From IMG/VR virus record IMGVR_UViG_3300017700_000491, positions 1 through 39,977 of that record: a DNA stretch of 39,977 nucleotides; one strand, written 5' to 3'. A program made the translations under genes and the position numbers. The DNA comes from a virus. Lineage: Duplodnaviria; Caudoviricetes. The notes under the pieces are model-generated. The model did not search any database and was not told where the DNA came from. It was given only the letters and a program-made list of their open reading frames with translations. Positions 1 to 8,271 of the stretch are shown here, in pieces (positions within the stretch are counted from its first letter, which is position 1; every line of letters starts with the position of its first letter).

Positions 1-123
1 AGGCTTGCAGACTTTAATGAGGTGGTGGAAATGGGGCCATAGGTGCCGCTCGTCATCAAACGCAGCTCCTTTGCCTGCCGCGCTGAAAGGTTGGCAAGGG
101 CAGGAACCGGTCCAAACAGGTCG
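1..123 (+). repeat. 123-bp terminal direct repeat, left copy (circular-assembly overlap)
   Basis: aggcttgcag...caaacaggtcg is identical to 39855-39977. Confidence 0.95.
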
Positions 124-333
124 ATCATCTGGCCAGCCGGCGGCACGAAGCGCGTGCGACCAGACGCCAACCCCGGCGAAGAAATGGCATTGCGTGAAAC
201 CGGCGAGGTCGCTTGGTCGGACATCTTCTATGCTCCTGGTGTCGACCACGCCGTAGGCGATATGCCCGGCAGTGATCAGGTTGCGCAGCCATGTAGCTGC
301 GTATGGGTCGAATTCGTTGTAGTAGGCAGTCAC
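1..333 (-). CDS. DNA cytosine-5 methyltransferase, N-terminal part (continues at 39854 down to 39147; ~346 aa in total)
   Basis: Manual translation from GTG at 333 (GTGA overlap with the upstream stop): MTAYYNEFDPYAA...SIEDV...CHFFAGVG...WTGSCPCQPFSAAG...DERHLW; catalytic PCQ motif IV; missing from the ORF track because of the contig edge. Confidence 0.92.
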   Translation of the reverse strand, partial: MTAYYNEFDPYAATWLRNLITAGHIAYGVVDTRSIEDVRPSDLAGFTQCHFFAGVGVWSHALRAAGWPDDRPVWTGSCPCQPFSAAGKGAAFDDERHLWPHFHHLIKVCKP

Positions 334-848
334 AGAAGCGACTCCGCAGTAGCCGGCGCGGCCAGGCCGAAGAGCGCGGCCAGCACCGGGTCAGGCGCCG
401 GAATGCGGAACTTGACCGACCGCGGCTTGTGTTCCACGTCATCGCGCAGCATGTGCACCTGGCGCCCGTTCTCGGCCTGCACCTTCTGCATGCGCGGCAC
501 GGTGCCGGTGTGGTCGACCATCGCGCGGCGCTGCGTCAGGTTCTTCGGCATTTCGTCCAGCGTGCGCAGAAACTCTTCGACCAGGCCGGGCCGGGGATTC
601 AGCGCGTAGATTGGCATGCGGGCTCGCGTCTTTGGCTGATCCGCTTCGAAGTCCACAATCACGACTACTGCGTCGTCGGCCAGCTGCTGAATGTACTTGC
701 GCCCGCCCGATGGTGACATGGAGAGGAAAAAAAAGATGTCGTCGCGCGGCATGCGGCCGACCTCGCGCAGGTTGTCGATCAGCCGCTTGATGTTGTCGAC
801 GCGTTGCCGGGTGGCGTTGGTGCAGCGCTCGCGTGGTTTATTGTTCAT
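330..848 (-). CDS. Putative winged-HTH DNA-binding phage protein
   Basis: Likely ATG at 848 (MNNKPRER...); HTH-like segment RDDIFFFLSMSPSGGRKYIQQL; overlaps both neighbours. Confidence 0.55.
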   Translation of the reverse strand: MNNKPRERCTNATRQRVDNIKRLIDNLREVGRMPRDDIFFFLSMSPSGGRKYIQQLADDAVVVIVDFEADQPKTRARMPIYALNPRPGLVEEFLRTLDEMPKNLTQRRAMVDHTGTVPRMQKVQAENGRQVHMLRDDVEHKPRSVKFRIPAPDPVLAALFGLAAPATAESLL

Positions 849-1371
849 TGGGTTGCCCTTCGTATTTCGACAGGATTTTTTCGATGCCCGTTTCAGCCAG
901 GAAGATGGGCGAATTCGGGAACAGGTACTTGGCCGCGTGTTCGGTGCGCAGGAAGGCGACAGCGCCATCGTGGAAGGCGATAAATTCGTCCTCGGTGCAC
1001 TTGTCGAAGCTGATCGATTTCGGCACCGGGAACACGCCACCGCGCGGGCCGGCGCACCAGTCCACGAAGCCGCTGCCAACTTTTATCCACAAGCGGAACT
1101 GCTCGAAATCTTCGAGGCGTTCCTGTGATTTAAAAATCGCGCTGATCATGCCCATGTGCTTCTTATGCCGCCAGTTCTGGCGCTGGCGCTCAAGCTTGAA
1201 ACTGAAGCACTCACCGGTCGTTGCCTCGTTCATCGCGCGCCAGAAGCGGCGCCATGCGCGCGTGTCCTTTTCGGTGGCGCCCTCGAAGAACTCGAACAGG
1301 AACCGGCGCACCATGCCGGCAGCAGGCTCTGCCAGCGTCTCGTCGGTCTGCTTAACCACGACGATATGCAT
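838..1371 (-). CDS. DUF1367-like phage protein
   Basis: FRLWIKVGSGFVDW...PKSISFDKCTEDEFIAFH resembles the DUF1367 C-terminus. Confidence 0.65.
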   Translation of the reverse strand: MHIVVVKQTDETLAEPAAGMVRRFLFEFFEGATEKDTRAWRRFWRAMNEATTGECFSFKLERQRQNWRHKKHMGMISAIFKSQERLEDFEQFRLWIKVGSGFVDWCAGPRGGVFPVPKSISFDKCTEDEFIAFHDGAVAFLRTEHAAKYLFPNSPIFLAETGIEKILSKYEGQPNEQ

Positions 1372-1374
1372 AGC

Positions 1375-1605
1375 CTATTCCTCGACGGAGGCCGGCGGCG
1401 CCAGATCGTCAATGCGCTTGAGCGACCATTTAAAATTGCGCATGATCGCCACGCGCATGATGTCGCTCACCTCGATCTTGCCGTGGCGCGTCTTGCTCAC
1501 CTGGGGCGCGGCGATGCCCAGCACGCGGGCAATATCGGCATCGTTGCGCACCGTCACTCCGTCGATCAAGGCGTCAAGCAGCGGGTGTTCTTTGGTAGTT
1601 TTCAT
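1375..1605 (-). CDS. Small XRE/Cro-like HTH regulator
   Basis: NDADIARVLGIAAPQVSKTRHG HTH; first gene after the leftward promoter. Confidence 0.75.
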   Translation of the reverse strand: MKTTKEHPLLDALIDGVTVRNDADIARVLGIAAPQVSKTRHGKIEVSDIMRVAIMRNFKWSLKRIDDLAPPASVEE

Positions 1606-1647
1606 ATGTCCGTTCCAGGAAGTTAAAAGGGTGTGGTGCTGTTTCGG

Positions 1648-1676
1648 ATTCTACGCTTCTTCTTTTCTTGATGCAA
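1648..1676 (-). promoter_or_regulatory. Leftward sigma70-type promoter
   Basis: Minus strand TTGCAT-17bp-TAGAAT in the AT-rich divergent intergenic region. Confidence 0.7.
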
Positions 1677-1709
1677 CGAATATATGTGCATAAAATTACG
1701 AGATTGTTG

Positions 1710-1738
1710 TTGACTGATATGGTTACGGTGCGTAGGAT
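1710..1738 (+). promoter_or_regulatory. Rightward sigma70-type promoter
   Basis: TTGACT-17bp-TAGGAT. Confidence 0.7.
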
Positions 1739-1803
1739 AACGCTTATAGAAACGAATCCACCCCGCGCCAGTCACCCAGCTGGCGCATTACTGAAAGCAG
1801 ATC

Positions 1804-2037
1804 ATGGCCAAAGAACCAAAATACGAAGTCGAGTTCTTCCCCTCGGATTCCCAGTTCTACAAAGAAACGGGCGGCTACTGGCAAATTTGGTTTGAAGATA
1901 ACTTCGTTGCGTTCTTTAGCGAAGCCGCCGCGAACAAGGCATGCGAGGCCTTCAACATGGCCGATGGAATTCGAAACCTGAAACGCAAAGTACGCAACCT
2001 GTCAGCCGCGCTCGAATGCTTCAAAGAAGACGAATAA
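1804..2037 (+). CDS. Hypothetical early protein
   Basis: 77-aa ORF with protein-like composition, first after the rightward promoter. Confidence 0.65.
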   Translation: MAKEPKYEVEFFPSDSQFYKETGGYWQIWFEDNFVAFFSEAAANKACEAFNMADGIRNLKRKVRNLSAALECFKEDE

Positions 2038-2079
2038 CACCACCCGCCCAGCAGCACGCAGGCCGCCCACGAGGCGGCT

Positions 2080-2388
2080 TTGCCAATAGAAGCGCTGGCC
2101 AATTCGGCGCACCACATGGAGAACAGCATGATGCTCAATACAGCGGCCAAGCAGCGCGCCGACAAGTTGGAAAAGGTGGCGCGCGCGGCCATCAAGCAGT
2201 ACAACGACGACATGGCCAAGGGCGGCGAGCCGCCGTTCCCTGATTGGGCGCTTGACCTGTGCGGCCTGATCGCGGATTACGACCGCATGCTGGTCACGCT
2301 GGCGCGCCAAAGCATGGCCATGGTCAACGTGGTCGACTTCGAAAACGGCAAGTTCAGCACCGGCTTGATTCAGCAGGTGGCGCCGTGA
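2080..2388 (+). CDS. Hypothetical protein (start may be ATG 2116)
   Basis: Coding-like ORF; GTGA overlap with the next gene. Confidence 0.6.
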   Translation: MPIEALANSAHHMENSMMLNTAAKQRADKLEKVARAAIKQYNDDMAKGGEPPFPDWALDLCGLIADYDRMLVTLARQSMAMVNVVDFENGKFSTGLIQQVAP

Positions 2389-2603
2389 AGCGCTCGGTGC
2401 GCTGGCCGCTGCTGTGCACGCGCTGCGGCAGCACGTCGCACTACGCGGAAGACTGCAACCGCATGCCGGCGCTGGGCATGTGTGACGCTGAACGCGATAT
2501 GCTCGACATCGCGCGCCGTGGCCGCAATTGCGCGCTCGGCATCATCGCCACGCTGGTCATGGCCTACGGGTTGCTGTTTTGGGTAGGGGGAACCGGACTA
2601 TGA
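2385..2603 (+). CDS. Small CCHC zinc-knuckle protein with C-terminal TM helix
   Basis: GTG 2385; CTRCGSTSHYAEDC (CX2CX4HX4C); hydrophobic C-terminus; overlaps both neighbours by 4 nt. Confidence 0.6.
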   Translation: MKRSVRWPLLCTRCGSTSHYAEDCNRMPALGMCDAERDMLDIARRGRNCALGIIATLVMAYGLLFWVGGTGL

Positions 2604-2782
2604 GCGAGACGCGCAACGACTACGGGTTCCCACTGGTTTGGCCGGTGAAAAACATCACGCTAGAAGAATTCTCCGCCCTGTATCCGCCCACGTCATTGGA
2701 GCGCGCCCATGCCATCGCCGCGGAAGTGCGCGCGCGCCGCTTCCCGCCGGTCAAGCGCATCACGCCAGCGGGTGATGCATGA
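2600..2782 (+). CDS. Hypothetical protein
   Basis: ATG 2600 (MSETRNDYG...) with ATGA overlaps at both ends. Confidence 0.6.
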   Translation: MSETRNDYGFPLVWPVKNITLEEFSALYPPTSLERAHAIAAEVRARRFPPVKRITPAGDA

Positions 2783-3585
2783 GCAAGAAAATCGTGGAGG
2801 TGCGCGCGTCCTCGTTCGGCTCGCTGTTCGATTGCGCATACCGCTTTGAAGGCGAACAGATCATGAAGCTGTACCGCCCCAGCAGCCTGCGCGCTTGGCT
2901 CGGCACCAGCATCCACGCCAGCACGGCCGCGTTTGACCAGGCGCGCATTGACGGGGCCCCGATCAGCGCCTACGATGCGGCCGACGTGTTCGTGAAATCG
3001 CTGTGGGAACCCACCGAAGAAATCGAGCGCGACCCCAAGCTGTCGCTGAAACAGGCCGAGGTGATCGGCCTGAAGCTGCATTCGCGCTACTGCGCCGAGA
3101 TCGCGCCGACGATGGAATACGAGTCGGTCGAGCAGCCGCTGGCGCCGCTGGACATCGATTGCGGCGGCAACCTGATCATTCGCCTGAAAGGCACCCTGGA
3201 CCGGGCGCGCGTCGTGCGCACCATGCACGGCAAGGTGATCAACGATGTGAAGACCGGCGGGCGCCTGATCGGTACCGACGGCGTGGTCAGTCTGAAAGGC
3301 AAGCGCGCGCAGCTGGGCACTTACCAGATTTTGAAGGAACACACGGATCACGACGAAGTAGGCGGCGCGCAGATTACGGCGCTGCAAACGACCAGCAACA
3401 CCCAGGTGGGCGTGTCCAAGATATTCGACGCGCGCCCGCTGATGCTGGGCACCGACACCGAGCGCGGCCTGATCGAAATGGCCGCCGACATTTTCAAGAC
3501 TGGCCTATTCACCCCGAACGACCAGTCAGCACTATGCGACCAGCGCTTCTGTGCGCGCTGGGGTACCTGCAAATATCACGCTTAA
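2779..3585 (+). CDS. PD-(D/E)XK (RecB/Cas4-like) exonuclease
   Basis: RASS...C, GTSIH, KGTLD...INDVKTG, QLGTY, C-terminal CX4CX5C (Fe-S staple-like). Confidence 0.85.
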   Translation: MSKKIVEVRASSFGSLFDCAYRFEGEQIMKLYRPSSLRAWLGTSIHASTAAFDQARIDGAPISAYDAADVFVKSLWEPTEEIERDPKLSLKQAEVIGLKLHSRYCAEIAPTMEYESVEQPLAPLDIDCGGNLIIRLKGTLDRARVVRTMHGKVINDVKTGGRLIGTDGVVSLKGKRAQLGTYQILKEHTDHDEVGGAQITALQTTSNTQVGVSKIFDARPLMLGTDTERGLIEMAADIFKTGLFTPNDQSALCDQRFCARWGTCKYHA

Positions 3586-3605
3586 CCACCACCGAAAGGA
3601 TTCAC

Positions 3606-4862
3606 ATGCAAGAGCAAGCAGAAGCACCAGAAGCACCAGCACCCAAAACGCTGGCCCAGTTGAAAACCCAGCCCGTCGACACCGGCCCGGACCAAAAGAT
3701 CGACATGTTTTCGCGCAACGGCTTCGCGCTGGCGCAGCGTATCGCACACGCGTTCTCGACCAGCGATGCGGTGCCGGCCATCTTCCAGGCTGTTTTGCCG
3801 AAGAAGGTCAGCGGAAAGATTGTCGAGTGGGTGGACAACCCCTCCGCGTTTGGCAACTGCCTGGTGGCCATCGAGACGGCGCAGGCAGTCGGCATGTCGA
3901 TCACGGCAGTGATGCAGAACGCGAACATCATCGAAGGCAAACTGTCCTGGTCCGGCAAATTCATCATCGCCGCCGTCAACGCATCGCGCCGCTTCACGCC
4001 GTTGCGTTTCGACCTCCAGAACATGGGCATGCTGAAGGCTAACTACAAGGAAAAACTGGGCTGGAACAAGGAAGAAAACCGCTTCAACATGGCGGAGCGC
4101 ACAGTAGAATTGGAAAACTGGGTGTGCATCGCCTGGGCACTGCCCTACGGTATGGAATTCCCGCGCGGCGTGAACACGCTGGCGCAGGCCAAGGAAGCCG
4201 GTTTGCCGGTAATCGTCGGCCCCAAGGTCAGCATGAAACTGGCGGTAGAAGAGGGCTGGTATGCGAAGTCCGGCAGCAAGTGGCAGACCGACATGAAAGA
4301 CCTGATGCTGCTGTACCGCTCGGGCGCCTACTTCGGCAACATCCACGCGCCGGACGTGGTGATGGGCATGGGCCGGTCGACCGAGGAGGCGCAGGACATG
4401 GCGACGATCGATGTCGAGCGGCAGCCAAACGGGCAGTACGCCGCCTCCAATCTGGATGAGATGCGCGCCGCCGCCAGCGACAAGCGCGAAGACAAGCACC
4501 CGGACGCCGAGACCGTCGAAACCACCGTGGTGGTGGACAAGCAGCCGGAAGACACCACGGCACCCGCTGGCGCCGAACCGGCCCACGCTGAGAAGCCGGC
4601 CAAGGAAGTGCTGACGCCCGAGGTGTCGCAGGCATACGAAAGCACCGCCGCGGCCATCCACAAGTCGCTGACGTTGAACCAACTGGCCGACGCGCAAGAC
4701 CTGATCGACAACGTGGGCAATGCCAGCCTGCGCCGGGAGCTGAACGCCATGTACCGCACCCGCATGGCCGAGCTGCAGGACAAGCCGGCCGCCGCCGACG
4801 CCAAGCAGGAGGCACCAGAGCGCGCCAAGCGCACGCGCCGCGCTGCATCGGCACCCGAATAA
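3606..4862 (+). CDS. RecT/Bet-like single-strand annealing protein
   Basis: ATG 3606 after AAAGGA; GNCLVAIE...MQNANIIEGKLSWS...SKWQTDMKDLMLLYRSGAYFG; follows the exonuclease; acidic flexible tail. Confidence 0.65.
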   Translation: MQEQAEAPEAPAPKTLAQLKTQPVDTGPDQKIDMFSRNGFALAQRIAHAFSTSDAVPAIFQAVLPKKVSGKIVEWVDNPSAFGNCLVAIETAQAVGMSITAVMQNANIIEGKLSWSGKFIIAAVNASRRFTPLRFDLQNMGMLKANYKEKLGWNKEENRFNMAERTVELENWVCIAWALPYGMEFPRGVNTLAQAKEAGLPVIVGPKVSMKLAVEEGWYAKSGSKWQTDMKDLMLLYRSGAYFGNIHAPDVVMGMGRSTEEAQDMATIDVERQPNGQYAASNLDEMRAAASDKREDKHPDAETVETTVVVDKQPEDTTAPAGAEPAHAEKPAKEVLTPEVSQAYESTAAAIHKSLTLNQLADAQDLIDNVGNASLRRELNAMYRTRMAELQDKPAAADAKQEAPERAKRTRRAASAPE

Positions 4863-4895
4863 TCGTTTCACCCACCAACCCAAGAGGAACCACCC

Positions 4896-5657
4896 ATGGA
4901 AATTGAATTATTTAACCTGGTGCGCGAGCGCTGCCTGCTCGACAACCTGAACATCAGGACAGAAATGCACGGCGACGAGCGCGAGGCGGCCTGCGACCTG
5001 AAATTTAAATTCAGCAGCGCCAACAACCTGCTGGCCAAGCTTCATCCCGACTTGCGCGCGGCCTTCTACCGCGCCAACGAAACGCGCGACCTGGTGAACC
5101 CGGACCACATGCCGCACCTGCGCTTCCCGATGCTGGGCCAGCAGTCCTACGACCTGGAAATCCCGCGTACCAAGCTGCGCGTGCACGACGCCGAAGACGC
5201 TGCGCACGACGTGATCCTGGGCGGCGGCAAGACCAACAAATTCAAGCTGACCATGAAGGAAGGCGGCACGGTGGAGTGGGAATTCCGCTGTCAGTTCTCG
5301 AAGCCCGAAGAGGAAGCCATCGCCAAGCTGATGCGCGTGCTCAACCAGGTCGTGCCCATCACGCTGGAATGCGCCGACGAAGAGGAAGAGCCCGACAACT
5401 TCGAGCAGGTCGAGCTGATCACGAAGACCCCGCACAGCGCTGCGCGCGTGGAAGCAGAAAGCCTGTTCCTGGCAGCGCCACCGACCGACATGGTGCTGCA
5501 GGTGCAAGAAAAGATCATCGATGCTGCCATCGAAAAGTGCGATGAAATCTTGGCAGATGCAAAACCTAAGCGCGTGACAAAGGCGGAAGCGCCAGCCGAC
5601 GCGGCCCCGGCGCCGAAGGCAAAGCGCGCCAGCCGCAAGGCGGCCGAAGTCGAATAG
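4896..5657 (+). CDS. Hypothetical protein of the recombination module
   Basis: 253-aa ORF with GAGGA RBS, beta-rich N-terminus and AK-rich tail. Confidence 0.7.
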   Translation: MEIELFNLVRERCLLDNLNIRTEMHGDEREAACDLKFKFSSANNLLAKLHPDLRAAFYRANETRDLVNPDHMPHLRFPMLGQQSYDLEIPRTKLRVHDAEDAAHDVILGGGKTNKFKLTMKEGGTVEWEFRCQFSKPEEEAIAKLMRVLNQVVPITLECADEEEEPDNFEQVELITKTPHSAARVEAESLFLAAPPTDMVLQVQEKIIDAAIEKCDEILADAKPKRVTKAEAPADAAPAPKAKRASRKAAEVE

Positions 5658-5660
5658 TTC

Positions 5661-5689
5661 TTGCGCTAAACCGTATCAAATGGCATGAT
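5661..5689 (+). promoter_or_regulatory. Internal promoter for the C4-like leader and ATPase operon
   Basis: TTGCGC-17bp-CATGAT with extended -10 TG. Confidence 0.5.
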
Positions 5690-5700
5690 TCGCTGTCGGC

Positions 5701-5805
5701 TTGGTCTCCGATAGCAAATTTGGTAAGGATTTATGTGCGCCCTGGGTGGTACCAACCACTTAGACCAACCCGGCAACGGGAGGGCGCTCATAAATCCTTT
5801 TTTTT
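5701..5805 (+). ncRNA. C4/CI-like antisense-attenuator RNA 1
   Basis: Stem aaggatttatg/cataaatcctt plus gcgccct/agggcgc closing two small hairpins, then a T-run; exposed agaccaa and taccaa are complementary to upstream ttggtct (5701) and ttggta (5720). Confidence 0.65.
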
Positions 5806-5831
5806 CGCCCCTACTCTTTGCAAGGCACACA

Positions 5832-7613
5832 ATGAAAATCACCACAGTACAAATCGACAACCTGCTGGGCATCCAAAGCATCAACGTCAAGCTCCCCACC
5901 GTCGTGACCCTGTTCGCGGGCATGAATGGAAGCGGCAAGAGCAGCATTCAGGAAGCTGTCCGCATCGCCATCACCCAGGACACCGTGCGCGACGTGAACC
6001 TGAAGAAGGAATTCAGCAAGCTGGTGCACGGCACCGAAAAGGCGGGCGGCGCGCACATCGGCATCGACAACGACCCGGACAAGGGCTTCGCGTTCAATAT
6101 GCCCAAGGGCGAATTCGTCGGCCCGGAAATTACCGACGCCATGCGGGTGGCGCTGTACGGCCAGCGCTTCGCGCAAATGACCGCCGACGAGCGCCGCACC
6201 TTCCTGTTCGGCCTGACGAAGCTCAAGCCCAGCGCCAGCGTGGTCAAGGCGCGCATGCTGACCGAGAAATGGGCGTGCGAAGAAGCGAAGATCGACGCGG
6301 TGCTGCCGCTGCTGCGCACGGGGTTCCCAAGCGTGTGCGACCACGCCAAGGCCAAGGCCACCGAAGCCAAGGGCGCATGGCGCGCGCTGACAGGCGAAAC
6401 CTATGGCGCGGTCAAAGCGCCGGCATGGGAAGCGCCGGTGCCGGATCTGCCTGCTGGCGACGCTGCGCAGCTGGCCGAGAAGGTGGGCAGCCTGGACCGC
6501 AACATCGCCAGCCTGCTGGAAAGCCTGGGCAACATCAAGTCGATTGCGCGCACGTCGCAGGACAACGCCGCGCGCCGCGCCAGCCTGTCCGAAGCGGCCG
6601 GAAAGGTCGACAACCTGCGCGACCTGATCGAGCGCAACAAGGTGGACATCGCGGAATTTGAGCCGGGCGTCGTGGCGCTGCGCGAACGCGCCGCTGGCAC
6701 CGCGCGAATCGGGCTGGTGCACGACATGGCGGAGTTGTTGGCCGACTTTGCAAAGGAAAACGATCACCCATTGGCCGCCGACGCCATGCTGCTGGTCACG
6801 CGCTACGAAAAGGAACACGGCAAGCTGGGCGCCAAGATCGACACCGAAGCCCCGGCCGCGCTGCCCGAGCGTGAAAAAGGGCTGGCGCTGCTCAAGAGCC
6901 GGGCCAGCAACCTGCAGCGCGATCTGGACAGCGCCACGCAGGCGAAAGCCCAGTACGACGCGCTGGCGCCCGCTGATGAAGCCGTGGACGCATCGGCAGA
7001 GATCGCGGAGGTGGATGGTCTGCTGCAGAAGGCACGCGCCGACCGTCAGGCCGCCGAGAACCAGCGCCTCGACATCGTGGCGGCCACCGCGGCGCGCCAG
7101 TCTGCTGCCGGCAAGACCAAGCAGGCGCTGGGGCACCACAACGACGTGGTGGCCTGGACCAAGGTGGCCGACGCGCTGGCGCCCGATGGCATCCCCGCCG
7201 AAATGCTGGAAGAGGCGCTGGAGCCGGTCAACGCCGCGCTCGACCAAGCATCGATCGATAGCGGCTGGATGACGGTCAGCATTGCCAAGGACATGGCCAT
7301 CACCGCCAATGACCGCCCGTACCAGCTCTTGAGCGAGTCCGAGCAGTGGCGCGCCGACGCCATGATCGCGGAAGTGGTAGCCGAGCTGTCGGGCCTGCGC
7401 ATCCTGATGCTGGACCGCTTCGACGTGCTGGACCTTCCGGGCCGCGCGCAGTGCCTGGAATGGCTCGACAGCCTGGCGTTTAACGATGTGATGGATACCG
7501 TTCTGCTGTTCGGCACCTTGAAGACGCTGCCCACCGACTTGGCCGACACCATCACCGCGTACTGGGTCGAAGACGGCATGATCGCTGGCGTGCGCGAACA
7601 GGCGGCAGCATGA
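5832..7613 (+). CDS. SMC/SbcC/Rad50-like ABC ATPase with coiled coil
   Basis: ATG 5832 (MKITTVQIDNLLGI); Walker A GMNGSGKS; long coiled coil; signature LSESE; Walker B ILMLD. Confidence 0.85.
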   Translation: MKITTVQIDNLLGIQSINVKLPTVVTLFAGMNGSGKSSIQEAVRIAITQDTVRDVNLKKEFSKLVHGTEKAGGAHIGIDNDPDKGFAFNMPKGEFVGPEITDAMRVALYGQRFAQMTADERRTFLFGLTKLKPSASVVKARMLTEKWACEEAKIDAVLPLLRTGFPSVCDHAKAKATEAKGAWRALTGETYGAVKAPAWEAPVPDLPAGDAAQLAEKVGSLDRNIASLLESLGNIKSIARTSQDNAARRASLSEAAGKVDNLRDLIERNKVDIAEFEPGVVALRERAAGTARIGLVHDMAELLADFAKENDHPLAADAMLLVTRYEKEHGKLGAKIDTEAPAALPEREKGLALLKSRASNLQRDLDSATQAKAQYDALAPADEAVDASAEIAEVDGLLQKARADRQAAENQRLDIVAATAARQSAAGKTKQALGHHNDVVAWTKVADALAPDGIPAEMLEEALEPVNAALDQASIDSGWMTVSIAKDMAITANDRPYQLLSESEQWRADAMIAEVVAELSGLRILMLDRFDVLDLPGRAQCLEWLDSLAFNDVMDTVLLFGTLKTLPTDLADTITAYWVEDGMIAGVREQAAA

Positions 7614-8224
7614 AGACCATACTTTTCTACGACACAGAGTCGGACGGCCTGGTCCAGTTCTCCAAGCCCAGCAACGACCCGTGCCAACCGCACATCGCTC
7701 AAATTGCCGCGGAGCTGTGCGTCGAAGAAACCGGCCAGGTGCTGGGCTCGGTCGACTTGCTGATCCGGCCCGAAGGCTGGATCATTACGCCAGAGCTGAC
7801 GGCCATCCACGGCATCACCACCGACCACGCCGAGCGCTACGGCGTACCCATCAAGTCGGCGCTGGAATCGTTCCTCGAACTGTGGTGCAACGCGGATTTG
7901 CGCTGTGGCCACAATGAAAGCTTCGACATGCGCATGCTGCGCATCGCCATCATGCGCTGTCCGTTCTGGTCGGGCGAAGACATGCAGACCAGCGCCGGCC
8001 AGGTATCGTTTGCGGATTACTGGAAGGCGGGCGCGGCCTACTGCACCCAGGCGAACAGCACGAAGATCATCAACGACGCGCGCCCGTCCGGCGAGAAGAA
8101 GAAAACGGCGAAGCTGACCGAGGCATATCGCCATTTCTTCGGCAAGGACTTCGACGGCGCCCACAGCGCGCGCGGCGATATGCAGGCCACGAAAGCGGTC
8201 TACTACGCCATCCGGGCATTGTAA
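7610..8224 (+). CDS. DEDDh 3'-5' exonuclease (DnaQ-like)
   Basis: FYDTESDG, IHGIT, GHNESFD, AHSARGD motifs. Confidence 0.9.
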   Translation: MKTILFYDTESDGLVQFSKPSNDPCQPHIAQIAAELCVEETGQVLGSVDLLIRPEGWIITPELTAIHGITTDHAERYGVPIKSALESFLELWCNADLRCGHNESFDMRMLRIAIMRCPFWSGEDMQTSAGQVSFADYWKAGAAYCTQANSTKIINDARPSGEKKKTAKLTEAYRHFFGKDFDGAHSARGDMQATKAVYYAIRAL

Positions 8225-8271
8225 TTAAATCGGCGCGCTGGCCCAGCTGGCGCGCCCCACAGGAGAACGAC

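Noticed and set aside
3003-3605. N-terminal 200 aa of the 619-aa ORF
   Set aside because: Arg-rich shadow frame overlapping the nuclease gene; the real start is ATG 3606 with an RBS
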